Positions 14,146-29,820 of a stretch of DNA of 64,000 nucleotides are shown piece by piece (the first letter of the stretch is position 1; each line of letters begins with the position of its first letter). Below the pieces are notes generated by a model. It saw only the letters and a list, made by a program, of their open reading frames with translations. It had not been told where the DNA came from and searched no databases. The translations under genes and the position numbers were made by a program. This DNA is from the human T2T-CHM13v2.0 reference genome, Homo sapiens: NCBI RefSeq assembly GCF_009914755.1, contig NC_060928.1; one strand, written 5' to 3'.

Positions 14146-14966
14146 CAAAAAATGTGTTAGACAAACTACCAAAGACAAAAGATAAATCTATCAAGGACAC
14201 ACATTAATCTCCCTCTTGAACTCCCACAGGGCAGCCATACCAAGGTTCAGAGCTGGCACAGCCCAGCTGATTACAACCACATCATAGAGTACCAGGAACT
14301 TTCCAGAATCTTTATTCACTTTAATGTTTTAAATAAATATATGCTGTGAATTAAAAGCATTAAGAAATATTCATGCCCTTTGACTCAGTAATTCTATTTC
14401 TGGGACTCCATCCAAAGGACATAATCCAAAAATATGTAAATGCTTTATACGAAAAATTGCTCACCATAGGAGCACTCATAATAGAAAAAAACACACACAC
14501 AAAAAACTAGGAACAATGTGTTTGCCCTACAATAGAGAAATGATTCAAGAAACTGATATGTCCACCGGAAAGAAAACAGAAATCTTTAAAATATAATGTT
14601 CACACATGGTTTAAAATAACACAAGCACATTCTTACATGATAATATAAAGTGAAGGAAATAGGCAGACAAACAGAACAGTGGGACAGAATGGAGAACCAA
14701 GACACAGACAGAAGCCTGTGTGGAAAATAAGTATCTGGTAGATACGGCATTGCCGGGTAGTGAGGTTGAGAAGAATTATTTGATGAGGAGTGTGGAGACA
14801 ATTGGCTTTTCACCCGCAAATAATAAATAAATTAGGTTATAGCTCACATAACCAAACGTAAGTTCTGGAGGAAGTAAACATGTAAATAAAGAAAGCCAAA
14901 ACCTACCAGAAGAAAAGGTAGGAGGATATCTGTCTTTATGACGTCTGAAGAGGAGAAAATGCTATA

Positions 14967-15632
<666 letters not shown>

Positions 15633-15635
15633 TCA

Positions 15636-15975
<340 letters not shown>

Positions 15976-16599
15976 TCATTCCACGCATTCTCCCACACTT
16001 TCTCAACCATCCCTTGTTCATTCCTCAAGGCTTCCATCCTGTCCTGCCTTGATCCTAACGCCTCTCACACCTTCCAACCTGCAGAAAAGTCTTTATTTTC
16101 TAGACTGAGATATGCGTTTTTTTAAAAAATTAATGGGAACCTCATGGTGACTATTCCTGTAATATTATGTTTTTATTTTATTTTACATTATGCCCAGTTC
16201 TTATCCTTTTATGTCCCAGCAATTAGACTGTGCACTGCATGGATGGAGTCACCATCTTCTTTGGGTTGTTTTCTGTATTCTTGTTGCTTACCTGGCACTT
16301 ACTGATTGTGTAATTATGAGCCAAACAACGTGCATTATCTAAGTCAAGCCTTTGAAAGACACTATCAGAGAGGTGAATTATTATCCTTATTTTACAGGTG
16401 AAGAAAACCAAAGCTCAGAAAGGTTACTTAATTTTCTCAGAGTCACACAGCTGGTACAGTTTGGAGTCAGTGATCAAAGTCATATAATCTGGCCTCAGAA
16501 CTCTTCCCTTTGAACTCCTCTTTGTGTTTGTGTGTGCATGTGTGTGTGTGAGCAAGAGACAGGGGACTGTGGGAAAATACCTAGTAATAAAAGGTTACA

Positions 16600-16855
16600 T
16601 ACATGCATGCATAAATGCTCATAGCTTCATTGTTCACTACAGCCAAGAAATGGAAACACTCCAAATGTCTATCAACTAATGAACAGATAAACAAAATGTG
16701 GTATCTTCAGACAATGGTACACTAGAAGTAATAAACGAAAGAAAATTCAGATGCATGCTGTGTATAACATGTGCCTCAAAACACTATGGCAATGAGAGAA
16801 GCCAGACACAAAAGGCCATATATTGGGTGATTTCATTTACACAAAATGTCCAGAA
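16600..16855 (+). mobile_element. Old L1M 3' fragment
   Basis: ccaaatgtctatcaactaatgaacagataaacaaaatgtggtat and agaagccagacacaaaaggccatatatt are characteristic L1M 3' motifs. Confidence 0.75.
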
Positions 16856-17139
16856 TCCTGGCTTTTATTACCTGTGTGATCTCAGACAAATTACCAAAGC
16901 TCTTTGTCCCTCTGTTTCATTATTTATAAAATGGATATCATTATACCTCACTCTTAATTGTGAGGATTAAGCTATATAATACATGGACCAGTGACTGGAA
17001 CAGAGTAAATGCCCAACAAAGGACACAGTTATTAAGTGGCAGAGACGGTCCCAAAGCCAGAGTTGCTGTGGATATTAAATAATATATATCCATAATGCAT
17101 CTTACAAATACAGCCTACACACCTTGCTGCCAGAGGACC

Positions 17140-17350
17140 TGGGTCTAGACATCAATGACATTATTCTTTGCTCTGTTGCTTTGGAAAAGTTACTCAGTCT
17201 CATCTGCCTTCACTGTAAAAAATGGTAATAATAAGTGTAGCTACCTCACAGTGCTACTATGAGAATTAAATTAACTGATAAATTAAAGTGCTTAGAACAG
17301 TGCCTGGAATGCAGTAAGCATCAATAATTGTTATCCATCATTATTACTAT
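17140..17350 (+). mobile_element. MIR SINE
   Basis: ctgtaaaaaatggtaata...ctacctcacagtgctactatgagaattaaa...aaagtgcttagaacagtgcctgg. Confidence 0.75.
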
Positions 17351-18319
17351 GGTTGTCAGTGACATTCAAGATGGGTTTCCCTATTCTCAGGAAATGCATG
17401 ATCCAATTAGCCGGGTCCTGACACACAGTTGACAAAGCACGGACACTCACAGTATCAGTGCCTCTTTGTTGGATTAAAAACAGCATGCCCTCCACTGTCT
17501 GTCTCCCTCATGAGAAATGAGACTGCAAACTCCTCAAGGGCAGGATCGGTGTTTAATTTTTCCTGTACCCCTAGTGCCTGGCATAGTGTCTGGCTGCAAA
17601 AGAGCAAGGACCTATCAGAGTGAGTTTTTCAAGCAGACTGACTGAAGCGAAGCCTCTATTTTGCACACCAACCTCAAATCCACAGTTGCACATTGTTCAG
17701 GCTAATTTGCATCTCAGCATCTCAGAAAGCTCTCCATTTAGCTATTCAATTTGCTTCCTTGTCAACTAGAGATCACAACTTGCAAGAGAAAAGAGAGCTT
17801 TAGAAAATTGTGGCTTGCCTGCCAGCATCCATATTTAGATCAGCAGAACTTTTCGCTTTCCCCCTTCCATCTCCCTGGGAGTCAGGAAACTGGGTTCTGA
17901 TTCTGTTCCTGATACTTCTTTGATGGGTGACCTTAAGTAAGTCCAAATCAAAAAATCGTCAGTGTTCAAAATGTCCTTACAGGGTGTGCTTGGACCTTGG
18001 TTTCCCCATCTGTCAAATATAAGGACAATTCCAAGGGTCCTTCCAAAGAGGTCCTACCAGAACACTCACTGCTTTAGGAATTTGTTGTTTACTGAGAGAA
18101 CCTGCCCACTTTCCCCACTCTTGCCTTCAGTGAAAACATTTTTGGGGGATCTTAGTGATGGCTAAAGTGGAGACAACATCACAACCAAAGGATATAAAAG
18201 AAGAAATCTCTAAATTCCATCTCTTCCAAAGTCCAAGGACAGTCTCCATAGGGATGGCAAATGGATTTCAACCCCAAGGGGCCTCTTTGATGGAATGGGG
18301 GTAGTTACCTAGGACTCTG

Positions 18320-19400
18320 AATTCATTCGTGCATTCAGAAATATGCAGTGAGCGCCTACTTTGCGCGAGACACTCTTCTAGGATTTAGTGATGATGTAGT
18401 GAACAAAAAAGACACAAATCCACGTCCTTGAAGACCTTGTATACTAGCGGATGACAAATAATGAAAAAGATGAATGAAATATGTCATTTATTAGATAGCA
18501 TTAAGTGTACAGCAGAAAAGCAGTAAAGCAGAAAATGAGGACATGAAATACGGGAGTGGGGAAGGAGAAGTAAAATTTACATGGGATAACCACAGAAGGC
18601 CCTGCAGGGAACGTCTCTTTAGAGCTGGGCTTCTCAACCTCAGCATCGCAAACATTTAGAGCTATCCAGGTCTTCACTGCGGGGTGTCCTGTGCCTTCTA
18701 GGGTGTTCAGCAGCATCTCTGCCCTCTGCCCACTAGAGGCCAATAACACCCCCTTCAGTTGTGACAACCAAAAATGTCTCCAGACATTGCCAGATGTCCT
18801 TGGGTCAGGCGGACAAAATTGTCCCAGTTTGAGCACCACTCATTTAGAATAAAATCCTGAAGAATGGGAGGGAGGGAGCCAGACAGGGATTTAGAAGGAT
18901 TCTGTGCAGGCACTGGAAGTAGAGGGTGAACAGGAATAGCCTAGCCCCCTCCCACAGGCAACTGACATCAAATATCCTCTCGACGATGATCAAATTACAC
19001 CTGGGATGAATGACGTGAGGGTGGAGCATACGGTGTTAGGGGAGAGGATGGGCACCCTCATGGTCTGGGAGGTGAGAAATGGTTTCCTGTTAGTGCAACA
19101 TTTCAACCGAGAGCCGAGGCATGAGAGGATTTGGTCAGCCGACATGAGGAAACAGCAAGTACAACAGCCCTGAGATTGAAGAACTGTGATGCCTTTAAGG
19201 GACTGAAAGGAAGATGCTCATCCAGGCATTGGAAGCTGGCGGTGGGAGGCTGAAGATGAAGCTGGGGAAGCGCCAGGGCTTGAACCCCCATGCAGGACCT
19301 TGCAAAGCCAAACAAGATGTGGGTTCTTTTCCTACAAGCAATGGGATATCATAGAAAGGCTTTAAGCAGGCATGTGTCATGATCAATTTAGAGTTCTAGG
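18320..19400 (-). mobile_element. L2 fragment (antisense) interrupted by MER20
   Basis: Starts with attcattcgtgcattca...gagcgcctact (antisense L2 3' end); L2-like purine-rich continuation to gaaaggctttaagcagg. Confidence 0.6.
18622..18841 (+). mobile_element. MER20 (hAT-Charlie)
   Basis: ttctcaacctcagc...gttgtgacaaccaaaaatgtctccagacattgcc...ttgagcaccact. Confidence 0.88.
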
Positions 19401-19434
19401 TCCCTCCTGTGATGAGACCAAGTAATCTCCACTC

Positions 19435-19612
19435 CTTAATACCTGTGTGACTTTGAGTAAATTCCTTCTCTCTTCTGGCCTCGGTTTCCCCATCTGTAAA
19501 ATGGGGACAGCAATCACATCTGCCTGGGTTTATTGTCAAGATCAAATGAGATCATATGTGCAGAGTGCTTAGAACAGGGCTGTGACACAGAGCATGATCA
19601 GTAACTCTGTTA
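19435..19612 (+). mobile_element. MIR SINE
   Basis: tgtgactttgagtaaattcctt...gcctcggtttccccatctgtaaaatgggg. Confidence 0.78.
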
Positions 19613-21885
19613 GTCTTGATTCATAGCACTCTTAATAAACAAATATTAGCTATCACTTTCTTTTCTTTCTCTTGGAAGCTTACCAACGCCTGACTGGGAT
19701 TTATTGCTGGTGTAGCTTTCCTTTTCAATCTTGTCCCTGCCCTGCCTTCCTCCCCCATCCCTCTCCACCTCAGGACAGTTCACACCGCTGCTCCCAGAGC
19801 CCTGCGTTTCTACTTCTATGACACTACCTGGTTGCCAGCTCTCAGCATACCTCAACTTTATATTCTCCATCAGTAGTCCTTATTGGGCACACATATTTGA
19901 TCTGAAAACTGACGGCAAAGAGGCCTTCTCCATGCATGAATGCTTTAAGGTCTGACATCTGAATGTTAGCTCTCAGACTTGTCTTGGGAATGTCTCCAAG
20001 AACAATCAACTGTTCCCTTTGAGGACCATCAAACCACTCCTCATGCAACACACACACACAATCATACGCACACACGCATGCAAGACAAATATGCTGCTTC
20101 CTCATGAGCTATATCATGTCTACGAAACTCCTCTCTATATAAAACTTTCTGCATAATTCCCAGTCTGGTTCATTTCTACTAGTCAACACCTGCAGAGGCT
20201 CCCTGCCCGCCCTACCTTGTCCTCACCTTACCTCCCCACTACCACTGCCACCATCTCTCCGCTTATCACAACCACCATCAAGAGTGTTTGTGAGTTTGTG
20301 TTTTTATGTCTGTCTTCCCCCTCAGCCTTCAAGAAGACAAGGTCAGTGTTCATTTCTTGTTGTATCCTCATTATTTGGAGCAGAGTTTGATACACAGCAG
20401 AAGCCCAATTACTACCTGTTGATAGAAAAACAATATTAGCTCGCCATTTTGAAGTGTTTTCTCTCTCTCAGGCACATGACATGCATTATCCCATATGGTT
20501 TAATCATCACAATTATTTAAGGGTAGATAATGTTGTCATCATCTCCATTTTACAGATTGGGAACTGAGGCTAGAAAAGCTTAGCAACTTGCTCAAGATCA
20601 CATAGACAAATATATAACAAAGTTAACCTAAGTTTCAATATCCTTGGATGTAAAGTTAGAGAACTGAACTAGCTCTGGTTTAAGGGCCCTTCCAGTTCTA
20701 ATATTAGACCAAGAACATCTGATTCCCAGGCCAATGTTCTTTCATTCCTATCTCATTGTCTCCCTATAACTTAGAAAAGGACAATTTCGAGACAAATGCA
20801 TTGTTTTCACAAACCTCACTTTACTTCTCTCTTGTGTTCTTTTGTTCTAGGAAACATGGGGGAATGAATGACTTAGCCTGGCCATAAAGCTGTTGGGGGC
20901 ACTGAGCTGGAGGGGAGCCTCCGCAGAACTTGGCTTTGGGAGCCTGGGATTTGAACTTGTGCCACCACCACTGGCAGGACGCCTCACCGCTGCTCAGATG
21001 AGCAATGTTTATGCAATTTGCTTTCCCCCGCTAAGTGCACCACAGGATGTCTGATCTCCTTGAAATTGCCCTCATTTAAGAATCTGTCTTTTTTGAAGCA
21101 AAATGTCATCTAAAACCTTTTATGGCTTTATGAGAAACTAAGTGCGCTTTCGAAGCATGCATGGCCTGGGTCTGCCTGCAGATCTTTTCCATTCACACTT
21201 GGTATTCACTTCAGAACGAGACTAGGTGGCAAGTTAAGTGGCTCTGCTGTTAGCCCCACCTGCCACCTTGGCCAATGAGAAGACCTGAAACATACAACTC
21301 TGCCTCTTGGGAAGGAGTGGGAAGACACGGGGTGAGTAACCTGGAGAAAATGAAGGGCCATAGGAGACATGGCTGCGTCCTCATATATTTGAAGGACATT
21401 TTTTAAAAGAGACTAACGTTTAGGGCTGTCAAGTGGTAAACCAGCCCTAATGCTGAGTAGTCAAAGGAAATGGATGAATAGGGCAAGTTAGTTTTCCCCT
21501 TCCCCATGGTCAGTTCAGTTGACTGAATGCAGTGCTGCTGTCCAAGTGTTCCAGGCATCAGCTGGGTGCCCACTGGAGATGACATGCAAGGTCTCATCAT
21601 TCTTAACTTGCTATTATAATTGCAAGTAGAAATATAATTTGAAATTATTTTTGACTTTTTTCATTTTCTTCTCCAAAATGCAAGATCTTCTTTCTTTTCT
21701 GTATTTGTTTTTTTGAAACTGTTAAAATGTGAAAATATGGCAGCATCTCTATTTGCTCTAACTGGGTTTATTTACTTACTTGTTCACTCATTTAACAACT
21801 TTCATCAAGTAGACTTCCCTGTCACACATGCTGGGAATAGAGTTTAGAAAAAAACCTTATGCAGCTCAAAATTTAGAGCAGGTGA

Positions 21886-22299
<414 letters not shown>

Positions 22300-23452
22300 T
22301 GATTCCTGTTAGATATAGGTGGCTCCACAAGGCCACCAGAGGAGGTAACATTAAGGTTACTTGAAGAATGCAAGCCAAGGAGACGCTGTATTTGTGTATC
22401 AGTGGAAATGACAGCCTTTCTCTCCAGATCCCAATCCAGTATTTTCTCTCAATTTTACAAGTTTATTCGCTCTGTGTTGGGTATTTCAATTTTTTTTTTT
22501 TTTGTACAACTCAAAAAACATTTCATGAACACACATTCCACGTGTCTCAAATTGGGCTAAATGCTTTATTACTTTTTAAAATTTAATGAGTACATTAACT
22601 AAATGGTAAGAATTGATGTCAGTGAGGCAATAGCTTCTTGGAAGGTTAAGCAATTTATCCACAGTGAGATGTCTAATAAAGTTTAGGGCTTAGACTTGGA
22701 CTCCGGGCTGTTGGATTCTCATGTTTGTCATCTTTCCACTGAACCCCATGTTTTGAATCCTTCTGGGCATCTCTGGGGTTTAGGGTTGCCTGGAGGTGGC
22801 TAAGCACCTCTCTTTTAAATAGATTAATTGACTCTTTCCATGGTTCTGGTCCTCTATTTTGACTTCAGGGACTTTGGTTCCCATTACTAAGAAGAGCTAA
22901 GACTGTGGCCCAACTGTGATTTGGAGGGAAGCCTCAGAAGAATGAAACAGAATAGGGATGCCACAGATCAGAAGCCAGGCTGAGGCATAAGAGTGGGCAG
23001 CAAAGGATGTGGGGCTAGGATCTTAAGGGCCACACAGAAGTGAAGGCAGCTGTCATGCGCGGCAGTTTCTTTAGCTGCTCTGTTGTACTTGAGAATGAGT
23101 CTTCACAGAGTAACTCCAAGGAGGAGCACTTAACTGGGCATATGCTTTGGTGGGACACAGATCAGACTTTGAGTTAGAAAATAAAGTCAGAGCAGATGAG
23201 TACGAGCCCTCAGCTGAGGGAGTCTGGAGGACAGAAGGCACGAACAGTGAGGAGGATTACCAGCCAGCCACTAACCTACTTTGCTCCTCTTCCCCAAGTA
23301 GATGGAGTAGATCATGGGGAGAATTATGTGGGTCACTCCTCATACTCTGATGCACCCAAATGCTCAGTGGAGAGTCATACTAAATCCCTCAGAACACTGA
23401 TGCTCATCAAAGTTAAGTATCTTTTTCAGAATAAGAGTAAGGTGTAGCCAAC

Positions 23453-23850
23453 TGTGCTCGATTGAATGGTGTCACCTGCCCCCTCCCCTATAATTCATGT
23501 CTGCCTGGAATCTCGGAATGTGACCTAATTTGAAAATAGGGTCCTTGCAGATTAATAGGTTAAGATAAGGGTGGTTCCTAATTCAATGACTGGTGTCCTT
23601 AAAATAAGAAGCAGAGAGAGACACACAAGCACACCATGTAAAGATGGAGGTAAAGGTTGGAGTGTCACATCTACAAGCCAAGGGGTGCCACCAAAATCCA
23701 TGAGAAACACATGGGACAGATTCTTCCTCAAAGTTCTCAGAAGGAACCAAGGCTGCTGATTTCTAGACTCCAGAACTGCGAGAGAGTGAATTTCTGTTAT
23801 TTTCAAGCCACCAGTGTGTGGTGACTTGTTAGGGCAGCCTAGGAAACAAT
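23453..23850 (+). mobile_element. MLT1 (MLT1B/C-like) MaLR LTR
   Basis: gaatgtgacctaatttgaaaatagggtccttgcaga...tccagaactgcgagagagtgaatttctgttattttcaagccaccag...gcagcctaggaaac. Confidence 0.85.
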
Positions 23851-24125
23851 TTGCCCACTTACTTAACTGTGAGGACCACTGAATTCCATACTATTCCAAA
23901 CCGCAGGCCAGGTATCATTACCATGTCAAGCGCTGGCTAAGCCTTCGTACCATGACGTGCTCATCTCACATCAGGCCGCAATGCTGCTTCCTTCTCTTTC
24001 TCTCCATCTCCACTCTGAATTCCTTGTGGGCAGAAATCAGATCTAATTCACTGCTCTTTCTCCAGCTCCTGGAATATACTTGGCGCTCAACAAATGTTGA
24101 AAGAAGGAATGAATAAAATAAATAC

Positions 24126-24422
24126 TTTTTTTTTTTTTTTTGAGACGGAGTCTTGCTCTGTCTCCCAGGCTGGAGTGCAGTGGCACGATCTTGGTTCACT
24201 AAAACCTCCACCTCCCAGGTTCAGGTGATTCTCCTGCCTCAGCCTCCCAGGTAGCTGGTATTACAGGTGTGTGCCACCACACCCAGCTAAGTTTTTGTAT
24301 TTTTAGTAGAGACGGGGTTTCACCATATTAGCCACGATTGTCTCAATCTCCTGACCTTGTGATCCTCCTGCCTCGGCCTCCCAAAGTGTTGGCATTACAG
24401 GCGTGAGCCACCGTGCCCAGCA
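24126..24422 (-). mobile_element. AluS (Sc-like) element
   Basis: Full antisense dimer; TSD AAAATAAATACTT. Confidence 0.95.
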
Positions 24423-24484
24423 AAATAAATACTTCTTGACCAACACAGTCTTTCCAAAGACTCACAAACCCCAAGCAAGTTAGC

Positions 24485-24950
24485 ATTTTATTTATTCATT
24501 CTACTGATATTATTAAGTGCCTACTCTATGCTAGGAACTGTGCTAGGAGATGGGAACACAGTGATAAATAAGAAGACAAAATTCTGTTTTCTTGAACCTT
24601 GTTATCTAGAGGGGGAGTAGAGGAAGGGGGCAGATAAGTCCAGTAGACAAACATGTGGGTGTATTATTGGTGTAGATAACTTTAGACAATGAGAAGTACT
24701 TGAAAAAAAATAAAATAGAATAATACTTAGAGTAACTGGATTTACTTTAGTTAAATGGTGCTGGGAAAGACCTCTCTCTCTCCAGGAGATGACATTTGAG
24801 CTGAGACCCAAATAATAAGACTCATGTCTTCAAAGATATGAAGAATTTGAGGCGTACAGGCAGCAGGACAGCTAGTGCCAAGACCCGAAGCATAAGTTAG
24901 TACAAAGTGCTTAGAAAACAGAAAGAAGGCTTATGAACGAGAAGCAGGGG
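24485..24950 (-). mobile_element. L2 fragment
   Basis: ttattcattc...ttaagtgcctactctatgctagg; ggagatgacatttgagctgagacc. Confidence 0.65.
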
Positions 24951-27900
24951 CCTAGGGGTATGGGATGATGTCAGCAGGACAGATTGACCCTGCTTCATTG
25001 TCTGAGGCCGGAAGAGCTCCAAGTCATAGAAGAGTGATTTATACTTTACTGTTGCAAGGAACGTTGTTTACAATTAAAATTACAGTAGATGTTTATGGTC
25101 AGGAAGGGGGAGCCCCATGGATGGCCAAATCCTGCATAAGGAAGGATGCATGTTCTCACCAAGGCCCAAGAGAGCAAAGCCAGACCTTGCATTTTCTCCT
25201 CATTAAATCACAGAAGGCCTGAATGGCCACCCACGGAGGTTGTCCTCACTTGGTGCCATTCATGCCTGGCTCTTGCTTTGTTTAAAGCATCATTTTCTTT
25301 GCATTCTAGCAAAAAGACAAGGCAGAGCTGGCTTATGGAGATCATGTCTCTGGCTGATATTAGCCATCAGTGGTATAAGCCTTGCAGCTGTACTGTGTCC
25401 TGCAGTTTGGTGGCAGGGATATGAGAAGTAGACTCTTGTTACATGGTTGTTTTCTTTGCCCTTGGTTTTTTACATTTTCATTAAATCATAGATGTTCCTA
25501 ATTGCTTCCTCATGGCCAAAGTGCCCCTTGATTGGAATTCTATGGAAAAGAGAGTTTGCATTATTAAATAGTGTTTCTAAAGGGATTTGAGTGGTTTTTG
25601 GTTTCCTTTTCCCCCCTTTTGCCTTTTTAAAAAAGTTTTTATTTTGTTGCAATGTATAATTGCTTGCTTTGTGCTAGAATTGCTCTCCAAGCTTCTACAA
25701 TCATGTAGGAATTGTAATTCCCTTTATTACTGAAGAATCACTTTTAGCCTTCATTTAAGATGACTGGACAAGAATCAGATTATACAGAATTAGTATCTGT
25801 TTTGCATAGTGCATTGACCCTGCTGCCAGTGGTTCCCTTTGCTTGCTAACTTTTTGTGTGATTTTAAAAAGAATTTTTAAAGAATTTTTAAAATAATCAG
25901 CGTTTCATCTCATGTAAGCCTCATGGCACCCTGGGGCACATAGGCAAAAGTGATCCACATAGGAAACAAATTCTCCTCTTCAGAGAGGTGAACTGACTTG
26001 TCCAAGGACATCCATGCGGAGCTTGTCAGAGCTACAAGGCCAACCAAGCTCCTGGAAGTCCAAAGCCACTTTCTGCACCTCATTCTGCTTCTGTAGTAGG
26101 AACCTCTACACCTCTGTTTCCTCATCTGTAGACTGGGACTGGTAATTCCACCTTGAAAATTTAGTATAAAAATTAAATAAGAATGTGCACATTTCCTTAG
26201 CAGGCAATAGGAAACACCATCTCTTCCCAGGGGCTCAGAGGCTGGTCCCAAGCATGAGAGTCTCTTGTGAAGAACCTCAGATATTTTCCCTCTTCCCCTC
26301 CATAAAGAGCAATGGTTCAGGACCTAGAAATAGCTTCAGAGGCAGAGGTGGCCAAAGCTGTGTGAACCAAGAATGCTGTGAATTTCCTTAAGTCTACCTC
26401 TGCTCACTTTATCAAGTCATCAAAGTCTAGAGTGGAATCCTTTATCTGGAGAAGAAAGTTCAAATTCCTCAGCATTCCATTCAGGCCTTTCTGGGGTCTA
26501 CTCCTAGCCTGCCACGGTAGCCCACCACTCTCTCCTTCTTCCGCCTCCCAACAACTCTATCCTCTCTCCATTATATACCCTATGCACTCTGCATCTGGTT
26601 TTATTCTCCCTAAAAATAACCATAATGTCAGAAAACAATCGTTTCCTAGCTCACTGGTGCTCTGCTCCCTGGGTGTAGACTGTCGACACCCCTTTGCTCT
26701 GCCACCCTTAAATACCCTCCATTCTCCCACAGCACCTAGATTATTACAATGAGTGGGTGTTGCTCTATAATTGAAGAACAGTTTTTTTTTTCATTGTTAT
26801 TAATGGCATGCTTATAATAGTAAACGAAAGAAAAATAATATCAAGTTATTTATATAGGTATGTGTGTATGTACGTATATTTAATAATCCCAATTTTGTAA
26901 AAATAAATCCTTTTTCTTAAAAGCCTGGAAGAAATCCTCTGGGAAATTCTCTCGGTGACCCAAAGAACTAAACGTGACACAAAGAAAATGTCTGTCAGCA
27001 TGATAAACGTGCCTCCATCCAACAGTTTGGAACACCCCAGGCCACAATTGCATCCTAGCAGAGACTGAAGCAGGCACCAACCAATGCCAGCCTTTTCTCA
27101 ATCACTTCCTGGGTCCAAGTTCAACTTCAGGCCAGTCTAGAACAAAGGAGGAAAGGGCCATATTCCCTGGGAGACGTGGTCATGCTCTGCTGAGAAACAC
27201 AAGGCTTCATGGTGAGGACGGATGCATCACTGTAATGAGCAGTTGCAAGTGCCCATTCCGACTCCGTAAACAGGCCAAAATGTAATGTGGCAGCATCGCC
27301 TACCGTGGCTGCAATGGCCGGGCAGCAGCCGCATCGGGTGAAAGCAGAGAAAACAATGTTCTGTAATGTTTCTGTGATAATAAGCTCTAGTCAAGCATGA
27401 GAAGTGGTTCCTGAGAAATGCATGGCAGATAGACAGGGTGGCATGGACAACATATTTGCTGGCTGGCTGGCAGGCTCACACTCCTAAGTCTGCCTGCTCC
27501 CCTCGACCCACATCCACACCAATCAGAGAATCACCTAGCCTTCCTACTTAGAAGGCTTATCTTCTCTACCACTTCTCAAGAAATTCACATTTCAGGGTCC
27601 GTTCCTGGAATCACATTAGGTATTTTTGCTTATCCAGAAAGGTTAAAAACTCTTATGACCCTCAAACCAGCTTCATTTTCCTCCTTAAGTTTTGAAAGCA
27701 AAACTCAAGAGACTCTCCCCAAAATGAATTATGCAGAAGATACGATGAGATGAGACTCTGCCTGCTGCTAAGGGACTCGCCTTAGAAAAATGTAATCAGA
27801 TATTCATTTCCTGATATTAACAACCACTAAAAGGGAGCTCTGATTTCTGGAACAAATACCTTAAGAAGAAAGTTTAAACATATATATTTTAATTGAATTT

Positions 27901-29104
27901 CTTCTCAGCCAGAATGTAACTGACAGAATCCTATATCCACCATGATCCACAGGCTCTGTAACTCATAAGTCAGCCGATCTACCAGTAAGACTTTTCTAGG
28001 TTCTTAATCCTCTTATCAACCACTCAAGTTTCCAGGGAGACTCATTAGCAGAGCTGGCAAATGCTGTAGTCGGCATCGTTATCAACCACAAAACTTTTGA
28101 GCATCTGCTGTCTGTTTATTTGTTTATTGTCTGTCTCATTTCAACTAGAATGTGAACTCAAGGAAGCAGAAGATTTCAGCTGTTGTGCTCACTGCTGCAG
28201 CCCTGTGCCTAGAACTCTGCCTGGCACTTTGGGATCTCCCAGTACATCTTTACTAACTGTGACTCTCTTGTGTACCGAGAAACTGGAGCCTGGGAATGCA
28301 AACTGGTCCTACCCTGCATAGTTTTTCAGTTTTCCTGTATCTGAATGGATACACACACATAAACACATATTCAAACAGAGAAACTAGCAAGAGTATATTC
28401 TAAGAGTCACATAGTTGGCACAGACATTAGGGGCTAGGAAAGGGAGTGGGATTGGGCTACCAGGGTCCCCTTATTGTTTTCTCTTTTGCCAACCTCTCAG
28501 TGTCAATATAAGAGACTTAGAACAACTGAGAGCTCTTCAAATGCCTAAACATTATTGTTTGGGGAAAAATACATATGCCTTGTCAGAAACCAGAGGCACC
28601 TGTCTCTCTTCCCTCACCAAACCAGGCCCTAAGCCCTGCACACTCTATTCCCGAATCTTTTGTGAACCCTGCCACTGGTGGAGTTAGACACAGTACACCT
28701 TTCTTCTGGCCTCCTCAGGGTCCCTATCCCATCTGTGAGATGATTTCCATCTCCCCTGAAGTTTTAGGGTGCTGGAAGGGGGAACCTATTGCTGATATCT
28801 AAATAAAGTCAGTCACAAAATGGAAATAAAAAGCTTCCCTCTAAAATAGTTTGAGAGGTTTTTTTGTTTTGTTTTGTTTTTTTGGCTGCAAAAGAGGGAA
28901 AAAGTAGCAGGTGCTGAAGAGGCATTTATTCAGGTGTTCCCTTTTCCACTCAATAAACACGTATTGAACAGCTATGCTGTGTCAAAGATTATGCTACCAG
29001 TTGAGGATCTATAGAGAACCATCAAGATGCAATCCTGCCTCAAAAAGTCTACAGCCTATGGAGGAATGCCAATAATAAATAGGTAACAAAAATAGGGTGC
29101 AATT

Positions 29105-29473
<369 letters not shown>

Positions 29474-29709
29474 TCAAACCCCAGTTCTACCACTTAGAAG
29501 GCATATGGTGCACTTCCTATTGATTTTGTTACTCAGAAAGTGGGAACACTTTTTAGTGTCTTGTAGGACTGCCCTAAGGATTTGGCAGGATTTCATAGCT
29601 AGTGAGTTTAACAAAGCACATGGACACTGCAGACACTCAAAATATTGTAAATATTGTTACTAGAAAGGGAAGTCAGGACCCAAATTCAGATTTGCTTCCC
29701 ACTACTTAA

Positions 29710-29820
29710 GAATAAATGAAACCAAGTTTGGGTACATGTGCCTGACCACTCTCTTTCTTCCTATAGGAATAAATGAAACCAAGCTTGGGGTGCATGTGCC
29801 TGGCCACTCTCTTTCTTCCT
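29710..29820. repeat. Two-copy tandem duplication, period 57 bp
   Basis: gaataaatgaaaccaag...ctctctttcttcct at 29710-29762 and 29767-29820; 3 substitutions and 1 indel. Confidence 0.95.

Noticed and set aside
22330-22348. Second CTCF-like motif AGGCCACCAGAGGAGGTAA
   Set aside because: Lacks the GGC of the core 3' half; too weak to call.
29710-29820. CRISPR-like or other prokaryotic repeat system
   Set aside because: Only two adjacent copies with no spacers, in primate intronic DNA; no operon-like or cas-like coding content anywhere in the window.
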